A stretch of DNA of 64,000 nucleotides from Zootoca vivipara (Eukaryota), in the NCBI RefSeq assembly GCF_963506605.1, contig NC_083294.1, forward strand, positions 17,112,001-17,176,000, given 5' to 3'. The position numbers and the translations under genes are program-made. Under the pieces are notes generated by a model. It had not been told where the DNA came from. It did not search any database and worked only from the letters and a program-made list of their open reading frames with translations. Below, piece after piece: positions 60,765 through 64,000 of the stretch. How positions within the stretch are numbered: position 1 is the stretch's first letter; every line of letters starts with the position of its first letter.

Positions 60765-61477
60765 TAGTATCCATACTGCTGAGTAACCAACCTGCAAAAA
60801 TATTATGGCAATTTAAATGTTGCCATGAAATAAACAGGCCTGCATTTCCATTTCAGAGGGGGGTGGGGAGAGTTGGGTGGGTGTTTTAGTGCAATAGTGT
60901 GAGTTGAGGTGTCTTCGTCTGGCTGCACATACTGACTTCTGAGCAAGCAGAGATCAGCATTCCAGACCCACCCAAATTTTACTTCTTTATATGCTTCAGG
61001 GCATCTAGACCTGTCGAAAGGGGTGAGAAGAAGATAGCCTCTCTTTGTGGACCTTCACTTCCTTGGGTGATCAAGGGACACAACTTGAATTATTTCAGGC
61101 ATCTAGCCCTCATGGTTACTGAGAGATCTTGAAATTCACGCAGCAGCCTATTTATTATTATTTTAAAGCCCCAATTAACTTGCATTTCAACTGGTTTTGA
61201 TGTTGGCTTTATTGGGACATTTCAGGATTTAATGTGCAGAAGTTCGGAGGTTGGGCATTGGAGCAAAGCTGCTCCTGTCAGTAACGTGGCATGAAGTGAT
61301 TGGTAATAGTTCTGCTGGTGTGTTTGCAGAAAATGTGTGTGTGCATTCCCTTTATTGCAATTGGAAATACATTGCACTAACATGGCTGTTCTCCTCCAAA
61401 CCTTCATGTGTACCAAAGTGTTTTTATGCAATAGACACACATATTCCTCCTGTAAACAGTGTAGGAGAAATATAGTA

Positions 61478-62112
61478 CAGTGGTACCTTGGTTCTCAAAC
61501 TTAATCTGTTCCGGAAGTCTGCTCCAAAACCAAAGCATTCCAAAACCAAGGCGCACTTTCCCATTGAAAGAATGCAAAACGGATTAATCCGTTCCAGACT
61601 TTTAAAAACAACCCCTAAAACAGCAATTTAACATGAATTTTACTATCTAATGAGACCATTGATCCATAAAATGAAAGCAATAATCAATGTACTGTACTGT
61701 AAAATAAATAAAATAGTATTGTAGATGATAAAAATTAAAATTAAAAAATGTCCCTATCTCTACTGATGATAGTCATTGTTTGGATGGGGACTTTTATCCA
61801 TTTCCACAGTCACACATCAATCAGTAGCTGAACTGGGTCCCACACAGTCACAAAAACAAATTAACTGAAAAAGCCTCAAAAACGCAAAATAAATAGCAAA
61901 AACAAAAGTTCCAAACTTAATCCGTTCAGGAAGTACATTTGACTTCCGAAATGTTCAAAAAACAAGGCACAGCTTCAGGTTGCTGCAGGTGCCCCCGAAA
62001 CAATAGCCAACAGCCACATCGGACGTTTGGCTTCCGAAAAACGATTGAAAACACTTGCTTCCAGGTTTTCGGCGTTTGTGAACCAAGGCGTTTGAGAACC
62101 AAAGTACTACTG
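61478..62112. mobile_element. Tigger/pogo-like non-autonomous element
   Basis: TA|CAGTGGTACCTTGGTTCTCAAAC...GTTTGAGAACCAAAGTACTACTG|TA. Confidence 0.82.
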
Positions 62113-62647
62113 TATTAAATAAAAGACCTCTTTATTTAAAGTTTCTTTAAACACTTTCCCTGAAATGCCCTACATGAGAACATGGGCGTAGTCTGGATTT
62201 TTGTTGAAGGGACAGGCCTTTTCTTCTCTGCGGGGCAGAACCTCAGTTAGCTATGTATTTTTATTGATTTTGGAGGGGCAGCTGCCCCCCCCTGCCCCCG
62301 GCTGCACTCATGGGTGGGAAAACTGAGCTGGTGTGAAAGGGAACCTCAGTTCCACCCCCACCATCCGCTATGCCAACTGTTTTCTCTCATCCAAAATTGT
62401 GTGTCCCTTTCCCTGGTGGATACTATACACAGAAATGGCTGCTTTAAGAGTATTAAGTTCAGGGTCTAAATTAACTTGAGCTACACCACCACCAGTTTCG
62501 TGGTGTAGACCTCCCCAGCGTGCTCTGTCGAGCCACCCCCACCCTACCCCAAAAAACCTGTGGTCACTTTTGTCAGCTGCCAAGATGAAATCTGGTGACT
62601 GAATGCAGCCCTTTCTTCAGTACTATGAGGACTAGAACATCTATATA

Positions 62648-62883
62648 CAGTGGTGCCTCGCAAGACAAATTTAATTCGTCCCGCGATTCGCTTCGTATAG
62701 CGAAAAATTCGTTTTGCGAAGCGGCTCCCATAGGAACACATAGGGTGTCTCGCAAGACGGAAAAAATTCGTCTTGCGAAGCACGCCATAGGAAACTTCGT
62801 CTTGCGAGTCTCCATTGAAATCGCAAAACGCTTTCGTTTTGCGGGTTTTTCGTCTTGTGAGGCATTCGTCTAGCAAGGTACTG
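62648..62883. mobile_element. Tigger-like MITE
   Basis: TA|CAGTGGTGCCTCGCAAGAC...GTCTAGCAAGGTACTG|TA; internal ttcgtcttgcga repeats. Confidence 0.78.
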
Positions 62884-62912
62884 TACATAAAATGATACTT
62901 AGGTACTTAGTA

Positions 62913-63059
62913 CAGTCGTACCTCGGTTTACGAACCGCTCGGGTTACGAACTCCGCGGCGCGCTTTGCACATGCGCAGAAATGGCGCTCGGTTTGTGACC
63001 TTTTCGGGTTACGAACTGCGACCCGGAACGGATCGTGTTCGTAACCCGAGGTACTACTG
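62913..63059. mobile_element. Tigger-like MITE, short
   Basis: TA|CAGTCGTACCTCGG...CCGAGGTACTACTG|TA. Confidence 0.82.
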
Positions 63060-64000
63060 TATATAAAAATGTAAAAGGGGCTTGTGTGTTGGTCTCCACC
63101 TCTCACCAAAACCGCTTGACCAATGCCAATGAAATTTGGACACAACGTCACATGCGAATAACCGAGTGTCCACATACCATTTGCGTACACAGATGATACC
63201 CCAGTGCAAGGTAAAACCCTGTTTTGTGGACCTCAAAACTCAGACAGCAGACACTGCCAGGCATGCTGGGAAATAGAAGGCCGAACCTGTGTCTCAGCAA
63301 CCAATATGCTATAACTGCCAGAATGGCCGTTCCTCCACAAAGGGCCACACCAGGATCCTGCCCCTAGCCACCCATGTCCCAAAACACATCAGCTCAGGTT
63401 TGCAAGGGAACGGAGCTGTGTTGGGGGGGGGCAGGACGGGGACGGGATAGCTCAGGTTTTCAGGGAACGGAACTGAGGACCCACAGTGTGGCAAGGCCAG
63501 TTAGTCATTTTATATATATTTTTAAGAGAATAGGTGTAGCTCAGGGACAGAGCATTCATTTTCCATGCAGAAAGCCCCAAGTCAGTCATTGGAACCTCCA
63601 TATATGGCTGGGAAAACATCCCCTGCCTCAAACCCTGGAGAACAGCTGCTGCCAGTCAGTGTAGACAATATGGAGCTAAAATGGACCTGTGTTCTGACTC
63701 CATAAAAGGCTATGCTCCTATTTAATTCAGCCTTTTCTTCAAGTCCATGAGGACTAGAATGTGAGCAAATGTGAGATTTCTCTCCCCCTCCAGAAAAAAT
63801 AAATATGCCAGGTTGTGAGTGGGGCATGGGACGTGGGTGTCAAAATTCCCCTTTCTCGCGTAGAATATCCCAGACTTCTTTCTCCTTTCTTGTGTTGCTC
63901 CACACCCTGACGGACTGGAATTGTTAGTGTCAAGTTAGGTATTCAGAGGTGTGTGGGCTCCAAACACACCCCTTCTGCAGGGGTGTGTGTGTGTGTGTTT

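Noticed and set aside
56442-64000. AGPAT2 exon 2 (expected SNHQS motif)
   Set aside because: Not found; probably beyond the window, or less likely inside the 58657-58786 gap.

Overview
Squamate (probably lacertid lizard, inferred from Sauria SINE/BovB content) genomic DNA orthologous to parts of human 9q34.3. Gene order: PPP1R26 (+, single coding exon), PIERCE1/C9orf116 (-, 3 exons, absent from the ORF track), MRPS2 (+, 4 exons), a box H/ACA snoRNA SNORA17 (+), DIPK1B/FAM69B (-, 5 exons) and AGPAT2 exon 1 (+). All multi-exon models were rebuilt by hand with GT-AG junctions in consistent phase. Gene names rest on similarity to the human proteins/RNA as I remember them, not on a database search. 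The rest is dense with TEs (L2, L1, CR1, BovB, SINEs, hAT and Tc1/pogo MITEs, a solo LTR). Most notable: three Penelope-like element (PLE) insertions from two unrelated families carrying five hammerhead-ribozyme motifs, two of the insertions being fold-back hairpins with a motif on each strand; SNORA17 with no visible host-gene promoter downstream of MRPS2; a head-to-head SINE pair inside a 43-bp duplication; and SINE concatemers joined by a conserved linker. Assembly gaps at 32250-32386 and 58657-58786.
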